In this document: positions 1 through 13,626 of the stretch, in pieces
How the letters are laid out: every line of letters begins with the position of its first letter
Position numbering within the stretch: position 1 is the first letter of the stretch
From: Amoebidium appalachense
Taxonomy: Eukaryota; Protista; Ichthyosporea
Direction: 5' to 3'
Assembly (NCBI GenBank): GCA_963693365.1
Contig: CAVNZM010000009.1
Coordinates: 1,552,231 to 1,616,230 of the forward strand
DNA: 64,000 bases
Position numbers and translations under genes: made by a program
Notes under the pieces: model-generated
Told to the model about the DNA's origin: nothing
Databases searched by the model: none
The model's input: the letters and a program-made list of their open reading frames with translations, nothing else

Positions 1-323
1 GCAAGTGTCTATGCGTACTACTATATATACACACACGTAAAATGCGAAGCTATCAGTTACAAGGCACACCTGCTGCACTGGCACACATACACATACACAC
101 CGGCAGATCGATGCTGTCAAAATTTACTTTCATGTACTTCGTAGGTCCGACACAGGTGCACATGAACACGTACATATGTACAAGCCGCGCACACACCACA
201 CCACACATACACACACACACACACACACTCACACACACACACGCACACACGCACACACGCACACACGCACACACGCACGCACGCACGCACACACACACAC
301 ACACACACGCACGCACGCGCGCG

Positions 324-402
<79 letters not shown>

Positions 403-823
403 CACTGGGTGCGCTTGCTGGGGATTAGTTTTTTGGCACGCTGTTGACTTTATCGTGTGTTTATTATTTGCTATTTATTGGCCAGCGGCCAACATTTAAA
501 AATATACTATATACCTAAAAATAGATACTGACTACGGCCAGCAGACATTATACACCTTCCAGGACACATTAACACCAATAGTCTAACACACCATACTCTC
601 GATCACAAAGAATTCCTAACAAACAGAGAAAAGTGCAAAGGCTCTGTACTATTACTCAGATTCTAAATTTTAATTCTTTACAGTAAACTTCGGAATGAAA
701 GCTAGCCCCCCCCCCCCCCCCCCCCCCCCCCTCCCCCCCCCTAACATGACTGTACGAAGAACAGGTATAACTTGAAGCACTACAACACATATGAGATCCG
801 TTACATTGGTGTACATTCCAATA

Positions 824-2473
824 TTAGACACTAGTTTGGCTACTCTGACTACTCTGAGATCCTGATTGGCTGCCTGCAGACTTGCGGCCACGATTACTTT
901 GCTTTCGATCGTGCCATTGCAGCTGCGTCTCTCCAGCAGGTGGCAACGCCAGGCCCAGCACAGCAGATGCACGAGAAGGGGGTGGGAACTGCCCACCAGC
1001 CGAGGGCTGGCCCACATGGCCCAAGTAAGGATGGGGACCGTGCTGCGGCAGTAGCCCAGGCATGGGGAAGGCAGGGCCGGGCTGAGGCGGCATGATGCCC
1101 CACGGTGGGGGCCAGCCATGTGGGTGGTGCGGGCCTGGATGGGGTGCAGGGGGCATGTGCGGCACATGGCCCTGCTGCATGTCAAGCGCGGGTGCTGGTG
1201 GCATGGCATCCTGATTGGCTGCAACCCAACGTGGGCAGCTCTTGGCCCGATTGGAGCCGGGGCAGCCCTTGCCCTGGCGGCCACACGTCTTGCAGGTCTT
1301 GGGGGCTCTCTGGGGTGGCTGCATAGGAGGGGGCACCGGCAAATCCATCTGCAGGGGCCCCTCAGGGCCAATGTTGCGATGCTTTTTGCCCACTAGCATG
1401 GGCAAGGGCCGCTCACGCTGCGCCCCTGCATCGACACCGTCTGGAACAGGGAGGGGTGGCAAGGGGGCAGGCCGTATGGTTGCTGGCACAGCGTCTGCCC
1501 TCTCCTCGCGCATACGCTTGCGGTGATCTGCCAGGCCCTCGTGTGTGGAGCGCTGTGCATGTGCCGTCTGCCAGGTCTTCCACTTGTCGAAATGCTTCTT
1601 GATGTAGGCCGCATCCTTCATGTAGATTCCCCCAGCCACAGAGGCAGCCTTGTTGAAGTCTTGGGCCAAAGCCTCGAACAGCTGGCCGTTGGGCTTTGCA
1701 TGTGCCTTGTAGGTGCCCAGGAGCAGCGTGCTGAATAGCTTGCGCTCCTGAGGGGTAAGCACCGGAAGGAAGGGGATGGCCACATGTTGCTTCTGCGCCA
1801 GGAACTTGTAGTCGCCCCTCAGTGCAGGGTCCGGCTGTGGTGCACCACGCGCCACCTGGTTGCCCCCCCCCCATGGCAGCACCGTCACCCTCCTCGACCT
1901 CACAGTCCTCTGGCCCGCCCATCACGCCATTGGCTGCAGGCTCGATGTTATCAGACGGAGGTGGGGGTGCGGGCACCGCAACTGGCTCCTGCGCCGGGGC
2001 ATTGGCCACACAGGAGAGCGGGGCAAAGTTGAAGTACTCCTCCGGTAGCTTGTAGCAGCCTACGGGTACCCACTGGGGGTCGAGGTGATGGCCGTACAGC
2101 ATCAGCGCCAGTGCCTCCATGTCGTCAACAATCCAGGGGCTGTAGTGGGGGGGCCCCGATGCCTGGCCCAGGCGGTTGCGGTAGTGTGCACGCAGGTTGT
2201 GGCGGTGGCGCCTATTGGACATGGTGGCGTCCAGCAGGCGCAGCGACATGCGTGTGGCCCCAAAGTGGGTGGCCAGGGGGTTGTGCACTGCCCCCTCCAC
2301 CTCGTTGGTGCCCCGGATGCAGCGGTAGCGCATGAGCCCATCTGCGTCGGCAGTGGTCTCGTAGTAGAGGGGCAGGCCGGGGGGGTCCGACAGACAGCCA
2401 TTTTGGGCGTGTTCGAGCAGCGACTGTGGGGGCACAAGCAAACATCAGAGAGATGGGTGGGTGGTGGTGGTGG

Positions 2474-2538
<65 letters not shown>

Positions 2539-2610
2539 TGGGGTTGCTAAGGAAAAAAACGAGCAGGGAAAGGCAAAAAACAACTGGCTAGGCAGCAAGG
2601 GCCGTGCGGG

Positions 2611-2668
<58 letters not shown>

Positions 2669-2672
2669 ATGT

Positions 2673-2707
<35 letters not shown>

Positions 2708-3234
2708 GGCTAGGGTGTGCGTGTGTGTGCAGATGAACCAAGGATGACAAATAAGCGAAGAATCTTTTCTGTGGTGGTGGAGTTGTTGGGCGCCTGCAGG
2801 GGGAGGGGGGGGGGGGGATGTTGCCTCGAGTCTTTCAAAGCCATCCTTCTTGAACAGAGGCTTGCCATCCGGTCCGGGCGGCACATCCTTGTAGGTGTTT
2901 TTGAACTCCACCAGCCGCGAGACCAGCGTGTATGGGTCGGGAATAACCCGCCGGATGCGCTCCATGAAGTAGCTCAGGTCGCCGCCCTTGAGCTCGGTTT
3001 CAATGTCGATGCCCTTCTGCTCCAGCACCCCCTGTGAGGCAGGATGCCAATATTAATTTACTACGCACACTGCAATTTGGGTTTGGTAGACTTTGATACC
3101 TGCCGTTATTGTAGGACCCCTCCCCTCCACCCCCCCCATCTTCTCCCCCAACACAAGTAAAAAATGCATGTGGCTATTTCCCCCCACAACCCTACATTAT
3201 TTCTCTCTAGGCATATGAATAACCCCCACTCTCC

Positions 3235-3303
<69 letters not shown>

Positions 3304-5994
3304 TTGCCCCCCCTCTCTCTGAGGCTCAGGCTCTCTCTCTTCCCTCAGAAGTTTTGTCGAAGGTGTGCATGGTTGTGGGTGGAATGGTGAGTGTGTGCTA
3401 ACGAGTGTATGTGTGTGTGCGCGTCAGTCACACATGTTGTTGTTGCCGTTTTTTTTATTTTTATTTTTTATTTTTTATTTTGGGGGGGGGGGGGAGGGGG
3501 GGGGGCACCTTCACATGTCCGTAATCCTCTTCATTCCACACAAATATTGCCTCGCTGAGTGCGCGTGCGTACTCAGCCCTGCGGGGGTGTGACTTGTACG
3601 TGCCGTCCGCCGTGTTTGCAATGGAGTGGAAGGCGTCATTCAGCACAGTCTGCCACACCACCTCCCCAGGCGGTGCCTGGCCCAACATGCCCTCTCTGGG
3701 AGCTGCCTCGGGTCCCCCTGGGGCTGCCTCAAGGCCCCCCGGGGCTGCCTGGGGGTCCTGGGGGGGTGCCTGTGGGCCGGCAAGGGGTTGCTGCTGCTCG
3801 GCAGGGGGAGGACTGGCAGGGGGAGGGGCTGGGTCAGGGACCACCGGCACCTCGGCACCTGGGTCCGGTGGGGGCTGAATGGGCCGTAGCCACTGCAGGT
3901 GCACCATCAGCTCAAAGGGCGGCGGGCCCAGCTCTCCCAGGGTCTTGCCCTTGTCGGGGCCAAAGGGCACCTGCATGGCCGGCGACAGCACCTGATCCAC
4001 CCGCACCACTGCATGCTTCTTGCCCACCTTCATGCCCCCCCAGCGCTCCGGCTGCACAGCCAGCACCACCCCGGTGGCTGCTGCAGCATGTGGGCCCCGC
4101 CGGGGCACAATCTCAACCCCTTCACCGAGTGCCTTTGCATGAAGCCGCGCTGCATGTCATAGAGGGAAGCAAAAAACTCAGCCAAAAAGCCACAGCACCA
4201 ACGTTTTTCTCTTCGCTCCACAAAAATCAAATGCATATTCCTTAGCAACCCCCTTCCCCCCCCCCCCCCCCCCCCCCTTCTCCCTCCCCCCCCCCCCCCC
4301 TCTCCCAGTGCCCAGCTTGTGTGGCACTTGCACGTGTTAACAGTGCTATAGCCCCCCCCCCCCCCCCCCCCCCCCCCCACCACCACCACCACCACCACCA
4401 CCAATCACCCCCTCCTTTGATAGCCACCCGACACCCAGCATAACACAACTGGAACACTGGCCCATGTGGTCAGCCACCCCCCCCCCCCCCCCCCCCCCCC
4501 CCTCCCCTCCCCCTCCCCTCTCCTCTGGGGGGCCCACAATCTTTCTATATCTGGCATAAGCACATAAGCACTGGGGCAAAAAGCAGGTGGGATACACACC
4601 TGACAGGTTTGGCCTATCGACCACGGCCGAGTAGACCTGCAGGGACGCATATGCATCAAGGGCAGCGTAGGTGGCCTGCACCTCTGATAGCGGCTCGTGC
4701 CAGTTGGAGCATCGAACAAGTGCCGGCTTGGGCAGCTTCTTGCCTATGACCTGGGCAGTGATGTCGGCCAAGCCCCGGGCCGCAGAGGTGATAGCTGCAC
4801 GGGCATAGCAGAACCGGCCCAGCTCCAGATAGCTGGCCACAGGGGTGCCGTAGTCCTTGTTGAGGTGGGCCGAGTCCGTGCCGATCTGCTTGCCCACCTT
4901 GATGATGCTGGGGTCCCTAAGCAGCGCAATCAGCTCGTCCACCAGCCGCGCGGGCGGGCTGTGGTTGGGGCCCATGCGTGCCAAGTGGAAGATGTACACG
5001 GCCCGTGCGGTGGCAATCTGCAGCGTGCAAACCTTGGACCGCGCCTGGCCCACCCGATAGACCCACTCGCAGTCCAGCCCCACCACGCGGTGCTGCTGCC
5101 CCTCCAGGTCGGCACGAATGGCCGCTGTAGCCACCACCGCCCCCTGGCAGTCGGTGTACACCGGCTTAGGGTAGTTGGCCGGCAGCTCCAGCCCAGGCAG
5201 ACCGTCCGTCACGCTTACCAGCGCAGCCTCGTTCAGACGGACGGGGCATTTTGGCCGGGCTAGGGTTGGAAACATGCGCTCAACAAACGCCCGGTCTTGG
5301 CAGCACCGATCTGTGTAGAAGAAGGCCGGGCCCTTGCTGTTGAGCGCCGCCGTGGTGGCAGAGATGCGCTGGATCACGGGCTCAATCTCCTGGTGGCTGC
5401 AGTCCCGTGTAAATACCTGCGCCCGGATCTCTGGGGTGCCGCACTGTGTGAGAGGGCATCTCCGAGCAGCCATGCATGTTCTAGCTTCCCTTACCACATG
5501 GCCCTTCACGAGACTTCAGTGCCCACACAATCCTTTCCCCCTCCCTCCCCCCAAACCCATGTGCCCACATACTTTCCCCTCCCTCTCCCCCAAAACCCTT
5601 CCCCCGCCTTCCCCCCAAACCCATGTGCCCACATACTTTCCCCAGGCCTCCCTTTCCCCCAAAATCTTCCCCCCCCCCTCCCCCCCTAAACCCATGTACC
5701 TACAATCCTTCCCCCTTCCTCCCCCTAAACCCTTGTGATCACAATCCTTTCCCCCTCTCTGCCTTCCCCCCAAACCCATGTGCCCACGATCCTTCCCCAC
5801 TCCCCCTCCCCCCAAACCATGGGACAGCCCTCCATATGGCACCTACTGTCCCCCCCCCCCCCCCCCCCCACCCCACCCCGGGCCTCTTGCCCTCTCTACC
5901 TTCAACCCCGACGGTGGTGTCTCTCCCCCCCCCCCCCCCCCCCTGCATCCCTTGCAATCACTGGCCCCTACTCCCATTCTGCTTGGCAGAAGCT

Positions 5995-6059
<65 letters not shown>

Positions 6060-6289
6060 ATTCCCCGCCAAAAGAAAGCTCCACCCCAGCCCACCCCAAT
6101 CTCTACCCAGCAAAAACACATACACACATATCTGGAGCTTCCTAGTTTTTGCTCGACAGGGCAAGAATTGTCCCCAAAACCCACATACTACAAACCTCTA
6201 CTCACAGTGTGCCACCTCATTAAATGTGGAGCCTAAGAGATTTAAAGGCCCTAGAGGGGGGAGGGGGGGGGGAGGGGGGGGAGGGGGGC

Positions 6290-6320
<31 letters not shown>

Positions 6321-6747
6321 GGCGTGTGGGGGGGGGGGGGAGGGGGGAAGGGGGCCTGGGGGAGAGTGGGGGGAGGGGGGAGAAGAGGAGGGACCACACA
6401 CCGCCAAGCTCGTTTACACAAGTCCATAGGCCTCGGTACAGAGGCTCCCCATTGATGCCGGTGAGCTTCCCAATTTGGAAGGTGTGGTCGGCCTTGAGCA
6501 CGTTGTTTACGGGCTTGAGCTGCGTGTCCAGGCTCTGGTACTTTGCCGTGCGGTCGCTGAACTCAGTATACACGGCACTCAGGTATTTGCCTGAACCCCA
6601 AGTACTGTTAGAACTCCACCACCCTCCCATCAGGACCATCCCCCCCATTCCCTCTAGTCCCTCGTGTTCATCTCACCTCTCTGTATTTTCGTAAGTCTGT
6701 ATGGCTTTTCCCATCTCAAAAACGCTACACACCCATCTCCGGCCGTT

Positions 6748-6784
<37 letters not shown>

Positions 6785-6967
6785 CCCCGCCCCCCCTCCC
6801 CGGCGCGCGCAAACCCTCCAAGTCATTGCACCAACTTTCACCTTCTTTCCCCTTTGTGCCCCATCTGCAGTTTGTCCCCTGCACGTCCGTTTGCCCTTCC
6901 CCCCACACCCTCCTGCCACTACTATAATAACCATTAAGTACCGCCACCAAGATCCAGTCTACCACCA

Positions 6968-7023
<56 letters not shown>

Positions 7024-7189
7024 CCTCTCCACCTCCTTTCCCCCAACACACACAGACACACATGCGCACACCCACCATCTAATTTCAGGCATAACAGTTC
7101 TCCACGATTTCCCAAGCACACTCACTGGTACATGGACCGTTATGCTTTCACCCCTCTGATGATCCCTCTGCCCCCCCCCCCCCCCCCCC

Positions 7190-7225
<36 letters not shown>

Positions 7226-7309
7226 ACCACCACCACCACCACCACCACCATGACTGATTGCCACCACCACCACCTAATCCATCACCATGTCCCCCCTCCC
7301 CCTCCCCCC

Positions 7310-7340
<31 letters not shown>

Positions 7341-8733
7341 ACGGACCCACAAGTACACGCACACTCACAGGCGCACATCCACCACCACACATCCACCACC
7401 ACCATAATAGAAACTTATTGACCACACTTCCAAAACCCATTTCCAAGTCCCCCCCCCCCCCCTAAAAAAAAAAATAAAAAATAATAAAACAAAACCCTAC
7501 CAAGCCAACCCAAAAAATGCCCAAGCACGTGCATACAAAACAATGGGGACCATTTACACACCCAAAATGCAGTGCACACTTGCCTGAAGGCATATGTCCA
7601 GCGTAACCATTTTTGTCACCAAACGCCGAGAACTTAGCCGCCTGCTCCTCTGGGGGAAGTTCTGTCAGGCGCTGGTCGTGGGGGCGGAAATCGTTACGCT
7701 TTTTGAGTTCATACTTGGTCCAATGCAGCGCCCTCGAGTAATACAGGAGCCGCTGCTCGTCGTATCGCTGCTTGTGGAGCTCCGAGAGGAGGGTGGCAAA
7801 GGCGTTTGGGCCCACACCTTTGTCTGCCAGTGCACGCAACAATGTTACCACCTTTAGGTCGAGCCCACTGCGGTGGCTAAGGTAGGCCGGAAACTGATCA
7901 CGCATGAAGAGTGGAAGGCGTTTAATTGTCTGGGGGTTTGTGCCGGCAAAGTTTTTTTTGCATGTGTCACAAAAGTACCGGGCCGTGATAATGTAGTAGC
8001 AGCTGTCAAAGTCGATAACACGCCGTCCTACGGGGTTGCTCATGAACCCATTGCGAGAAGTACGGTGTGGGTTGGGGTGGTTGTGGGGGTCCACGTAGTG
8101 ATCATCGAAGGGGCACGGCACCATGAAACCGGGAGACAACCTTTCCGGAAGCCAGGCAAAACATCTGGGTTTGTAGAAAGGCGCTGGATCGCCCCCAAAT
8201 TTAAAGCCTATAATGGGAGGTGGAAGATGCCACCCCACAGGCGTCTTCTCATCTTTGAGACTCTCTTTCACTGTGTGCAGGTGCGACTTGATTGTTTCGC
8301 CCGCCGCGTCAGAAAACTCCTCTCCACCGTCATCCCCGTCCGTATTATCTTCTCCCTCTTCCTCCCCTTCATCCTCGTCTACCCGGTACGCATCTGCTGC
8401 TGCATTTAGCAAAGGTTCCTCGTCGGGTTGCACCTGTATGTCTGGTGGGTGTGGAGCAGGGGCCCGATCCATTTCTCTTGGTAACGAATGGACGCTACCT
8501 GCCTCAACTACACGGGCCCTTATGTCGGCGGCCTTAGATAGAGGGGGCTGTTCGGGTTGTACGTTTACGTTTAGTTCCTGCAAAACAGCTTTGTTTGCCG
8601 TCCCAAAACCTGCAAAGTTCGCTAAAGGCTGAACAAATGCAGCATCTTTTTTTTTGCGCCCAGCTCCCTCCCTAGCTCCGCCTGTTTTATGCCCAGGGCG
8701 CTGTGTTGTGCCCTTAGGGCAGCCTGGCTTCAT
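824..8733 (-). CDS. Dada-superfamily DDE transposase with inserted DEDDy (WRN-like) 3'-5' exonuclease; exons 8733-7584, 6590-6402, 5430-4600, 4149-3509, 3031-2825, 2423-824; one frameshift at G10 run ~1863-1872
   Basis: Spliced in frame by eye. N-terminal Cys/His region (CPFD..H..RYFCDTC, DUF6729-like). First D in VLKADHTF, NELGEI across the exon junction, second D in FYTDRCC. Exonuclease motifs VGLDCEW..LQIA..IKVG..YAALDAY. DxxH in DAFH, GCLSDP, catalytic E in YRCIRGTNEVEGAVH. First in-frame ATG at 8733. Confidence 0.8.
5520..5830. repeat. ~40-bp minisatellite (CCCCAAACCCATGTGCCCACATACTTTCCC-like) in transposase intron 2
   Basis: Several imperfect tandem copies are visible. Confidence 0.7.
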
Positions 8734-9043
8734 TTTAAACACTTGGGGCCTGGCCCCCTGCCCCCCTAGTGCGACTACGTTACCGCAAACATTCCCGTAT
8801 TCCAGTGTGCTCGGCAATGCTGCTCATGGCCTTCCCGGACTGGTTGTGACCAGTAAAGAGCGCGCCAATTCCTGACCGCCGCCTACAGCAGTGTATGATC
8901 TGTTATCCATATTCGGCAAAAGGGGTCTTGCCCAACCAATGGCTTGAATCCTTGTAACTTTGCTTTATCCATATAAGGTTAGCTGAACACCCCCCCTCCA
9001 ATCATACCCCCCCCTTCTCTCTAGTAGTAGCCGGTGTGTGGTG

Positions 9044-9077
<34 letters not shown>

Positions 9078-9356
9078 ACGGCATGGTGGCGTGACACGGT
9101 GAACTCAGCAACGATGTGGTTTTCTCTAACCGCTTCGCGAAACGGCAATTCGTTTTATCTGAAAAATCGCGAATAACCTATGTAGAATGGTTAGGAAGTC
9201 AAAAGAAAAAAAAAGAAAAAAAGGACTCCGTAAAACGTAGTTCTATTGATAAATCATTTACCATGCACAACCAAAGAGTGTTGACAATGTGATTGGTGCA
9301 GTATCATGCATTATGTCTGATCTCATTGTTAACGTCTGGTGATTGGCCATGCACCG

Positions 9357-9458
9357 ATTCCCGAATTTTTGAGCCAATCCTCCCGTGGGTATATAAAGCT
9401 TGCCCCTATGGACACCGGTACCTGCATCAGTTTATCAACGCGCAACTAGTGTATATAA
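9357..9458 (+). promoter_or_regulatory. Putative heat-shock promoter: HSE-like TTCccGAAttTTT, CCAAT box, TATA boxes
   Basis: TTCCCGAATTTTT at 9358-9370, CCAAT at 9374, TATATAAA at 9390 and TATATAA at 9452, all just upstream of the Hsp20 ATG. Confidence 0.45.
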
Positions 9459-9493
9459 GTACATCAACTTTCTGTGCAACTTTTTAAGTCACC

Positions 9494-10084
9494 ATGTCTC
9501 TCAGCCGCATCATCCGTCCTTTCTTCAACGAGCTTTCCACCATCGAGGGCGACTTTGCTCGTGCCTTTGCTCCCTCCCTCTACGGCCACATGTACAACTT
9601 GATGTCAGGCCTAGGCTTCCCCACTGTCTCCCCACTGGCCCAGGCAATTGCCCAGCGCCAGCCCCTCTTCCGCGTGCGTGAAAGTGACAAGGACATTGTC
9701 GTTGAGGTTGAGACCCCAGGATTCAAGGAGGAGAACTTGGCCGTTGAACTGGATGGCAGCCGTCTGATCATCCGCGAACTGCAAGAACAAAAGAGAAGGC
9801 AGAGGGGGGTGCCGAGCGAGGGGGCGCAGGCAGGGGACACCGAGCAGTTCTACGACCGACGGGAGTTCTAGCAGTCCCTGCAGCTGCCCCCCGAGCTCAC
9901 CGGTGCGCCCATCATCACGGCCCACTACGAGGACGGCGTGCTGCGCGCCAAGCTGGCCAAGCCCGAGCCCGCCAAGAAACACCCCGTGCAGATTTCCATT
10001 GCCGGTCCCGACACTGCGGCCGAGAGAATGAAGGTCATTGGGGACGCAAAGGCCGCGGCTGAGGCTGCCAGCACAAAAGACTGA
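9494..10084 (+). pseudogene. Small heat-shock protein (Hsp20/alpha-crystallin domain) with in-frame TAG at 9869-9871
   Basis: VRESDKDIVVEVETPGFKEENLAVELDGSRLII..RREF*QSLQLP..AHYEDGVLRAKLAK. The frame stays open after the TAG until TGA at 10082-10084. Confidence 0.8.
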
Positions 10085-11328
10085 GGCTAATACCGCAACC
10101 GCTTGAATTTTGGAATACTAGTTGATAGTAGACATAAGAGACGCTGGTGTATATATTATTCGTCACATTCCCATTCTTATTTCTTTTTATTTTCCGTTTG
10201 TACATGTTGAGCCCGTGTATATATATGTATTACAGTGTACTGAAGCTAATTAGGTACTACATTTGAGTCTTGATCGCTGCTAGCGCTCTGGTTGGGCTCA
10301 GTCATAGTATGCGCGTACGGTATCACTGTGCAAATATGCATTTTGTGTATATGACTTATGTAAAATACATCAAAAATAACGCAGTTGTGCATAGGTGACA
10401 GAGAATATTTATGTATTACGGGTTATCATTGTATGAAGATGCATCTGGACTGTATTGCTTGCTGCAGCCAGACTTAAAGAGAGAAAAAAGAGGATCAATT
10501 TGAAAAATAAATAACATAAACTTTAGATCTTTTTTCTAACAGATTTCGACGGCTTGGATCCATATGTGCCATGGCAGAAGAAGAGTATGGTCTTTGTGCC
10601 TTATTTAGGATATTTCCACTCCTAATTATTAGTCCCTATTCATTGTTACGATTTGCCCCGTCCCCTTGACCACGATTCGGGCCTAAGGCTACGGTTCGGG
10701 TCAGCTCTCCCGGGATAGGCTACGCAGGACCTTGTTTGATCAAGCCTTCCAGTCTATGTTTGTGCCGTGGATCTGCGCTGTGGCTGCACTGAGTGTGGTC
10801 AAAAGAGAACTTCTAGGATATCGTGCTAAATGACCAGTATAGACCCCAGTCCAGATACGTCTGCTTTCATGTATGCAATATTGATTGTGCGGCACTGGTG
10901 GCCGATAGATCCTAGACTTCCACTGAGGTGTAGAGAAAACGTTAACCCCATATGGCGAGGCTGCGCCTCGCTGGGCAAACGTGATAAAATAAATAAAATA
11001 AAAATAAAAAATAAAATAAAGAAAGCCCCCGTCCCCTTTGCCACCCCCCCCCCCCCCCACACACACACACACACACACCCTCCCTCCCCCCCCTTCCCCC
11101 CCCCCCCCCCTCCCCCCTCCCCCCCCTCCCCACACACACGCACACACACACACACACACACAAATTAAATGAATAAGAAGATAAATTAGTAAAATAAAAC
11201 CCCACCCAGCCACACACCACGTGAACCCGCCCTCCATCCCTGGTTGTGGGACCCAAAGAGTTTCCGAAGTTCCTCTCCCCCCCCCCCTCCCTTCCCCCAA
11301 ACCCGCCCGCACCCAGGTTTTTTGATGC

Positions 11329-11373
<45 letters not shown>

Positions 11374-13187
11374 CCGCCCTTTCCAACACTTACCTACCCA
11401 CCTTTCCGTCCCCCCCACGGGGACTGTATTTTAGTTTTGATCATTCTTGGTTTTATTCAAATCGTGTTGATCGGAGTCCCTCATACGTTCAAAAAAATGG
11501 TTCAGCCAAATGCTATGATGTAGTACTGTGGTAACGCAGTTACCGGGCAGTATTCTCTGTTTCCTGACGCCGCAGCCCCCCCCCCCTCCCCCCCCCCTCC
11601 CCCCGCCCCCCCACCCCCACCCTTACCCGAGCCATTTAACGCTGGTTGTTCAAGGCTTAAAATGCAGTATCTGATAGTGGAATTTTTCGCTCAGTATATC
11701 CCCTTAGATCAGGTGCATACTAATATTGCCGACAGCCGGAATAACACACTACAAACTTTTTTGTCCTGTCAAGCTTGAAATATCATAGAATTTCTAATAT
11801 TAAGGTCAATCATTTCTGTTGTTCGGTCTCCCCTCACCCTTTTTCCCCCCTCCCTTTCTCTTCTTTTCTTATTTTTCTTTTTTTTTCTTTCTTTCTTTCT
11901 TTGGGGGGGGTGGGGGAGGGGGGAGGGGGCGGGCTCGAGCGAGGATGGAGGGCGGGGGACAGGTGGGGGAGGGGGGGGAAGGGTATGGAAGAAGGGGTGA
12001 GGGGAGGGGATGAGGGGGGGGCTTGAGGCCCGGGGGGGAGGGGCGGCAGAGAGGGGAAGGGAAAGGAGGTGGGGGAAGGGGGAGTCCCCCAAGCCCCATA
12101 AAGAAGGGGGAGTCCCACAAGCCCCATGGGCACTCGGGATCAGCTGGTGTGTCTGTGTGTGTGTGTGTATCATAATGTGTGTGTGTGTGTATACGTGTCA
12201 CGTGTGTGTGTGTGCGCGCATGTGTGTGTTTGTGTCTCTGGGTGTGTGTGTGTGCATATATGACATGTGTGTGTATGTGTATGTGTGTGTGTGTGACACT
12301 GTGTGTGTGTGTGTTCGAGCGCCCGAACGCCTACGTGTCTGTGCACACCCCTGTGTGCTTATGCTTGTTATCTGCCTGTTACACTCCCCTGGACCCCTCC
12401 TACCACCACACACATACATATAGGTAATGTAAAAAGGGAATTCTCTCTTCCCACTTCCCCGTGAAGTTTCCCCCGCGCCCTCTCAACCCCTCACACCACC
12501 ACCCCCTCCCGGCCCCACCTGTCCACTCTCCCTCCTCATCCCCCCCTCCCCCTCTCTCCCCCCCCCCCCCCCCCCCCCCCCTACACACACACACCCACCT
12601 CACCCCACCCCACCCACACACCCCCTAAAACCCCCACCCAGCAACCCCCTTCTAGCCCACTTCCTTTTGAATATGATACTATCATAATTTCAGCTGCTCG
12701 CTACTTCTTCGGACATTTGTTTTAATCTACATTGCTTGAATTGATGTCATATAAGTGCACCACAAAGAACTTCCCAATTCTCCTTCTTGAATACCTTGTA
12801 TTTACAACTACGGGACGTATTTACAGATACTGAATGTGTGTCTGTGAGTGTTCAGCCTACCTAAAAATGTGATGTGTACATATATGTGCCCGCAAGAGGC
12901 AAGCCCTTAAAACTGCCTTATAAGTAATTACTGCAAATAAAGTGAAGCATACTCTAAAGCCGAAGCCGGTTTACACATGACAAAACTGTTGATCAGGTTA
13001 CTAAGAAGTTTCTAATGAGATACCTCTAATTTACATGCCAAATAGAGCTTTCCCTTCAACTCCCCCCCCCAAGCAGGGCAACTTGATGAGATAATATTAA
13101 ATTGTATTTTAAAAAATATAAAATAATATAAAACATTAGAACTAAATGAAGAGGCCATCATCTGCCTGCACGTGCTCTGGCTGTGGG

Positions 13188-13307
13188 CTATGAGATAGTG
13201 CACTTGTCCTGCTTCTGCTGGCTCGACACCATTCCATCCACAAGCAGGCGCAGCGCACGCACCCACATGACGTGCACATCGTTCGTGTAGCTGTCACCAA
13301 GCGCTTG

Positions 13308-13365
<58 letters not shown>

Positions 13366-13428
13366 GTGCGTGTGTGCTTGTGCGTATGTGTGTGTGTTGT
13401 GTGTTGTGTGTGCGTGCGTGCGTGCGTG

Positions 13429-13482
<54 letters not shown>

Positions 13483-13587
13483 CGCGTATGCGTGTGTGCG
13501 TGTGTCTGTGTGATGGTGGTGGTTGTAGTGCTGAGGTGCGTGTTTGCTGGAGGTGGTGGTAGTATGTGCAATATTTCAATATTTCCG

Positions 13588-13626
<39 letters not shown>

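Noticed and set aside
42-499. HT/CV-repeat, poly-P/G and ER/LS ORFs here and throughout the window
   Set aside because: These are translations of (CA)n, poly-C/G and (GA)n repeats, mostly intronic.
10680-10985. Possible decayed RT fragment (HMGLTFS resembling YLG)
   Set aside because: Too short and frameshifted to support.
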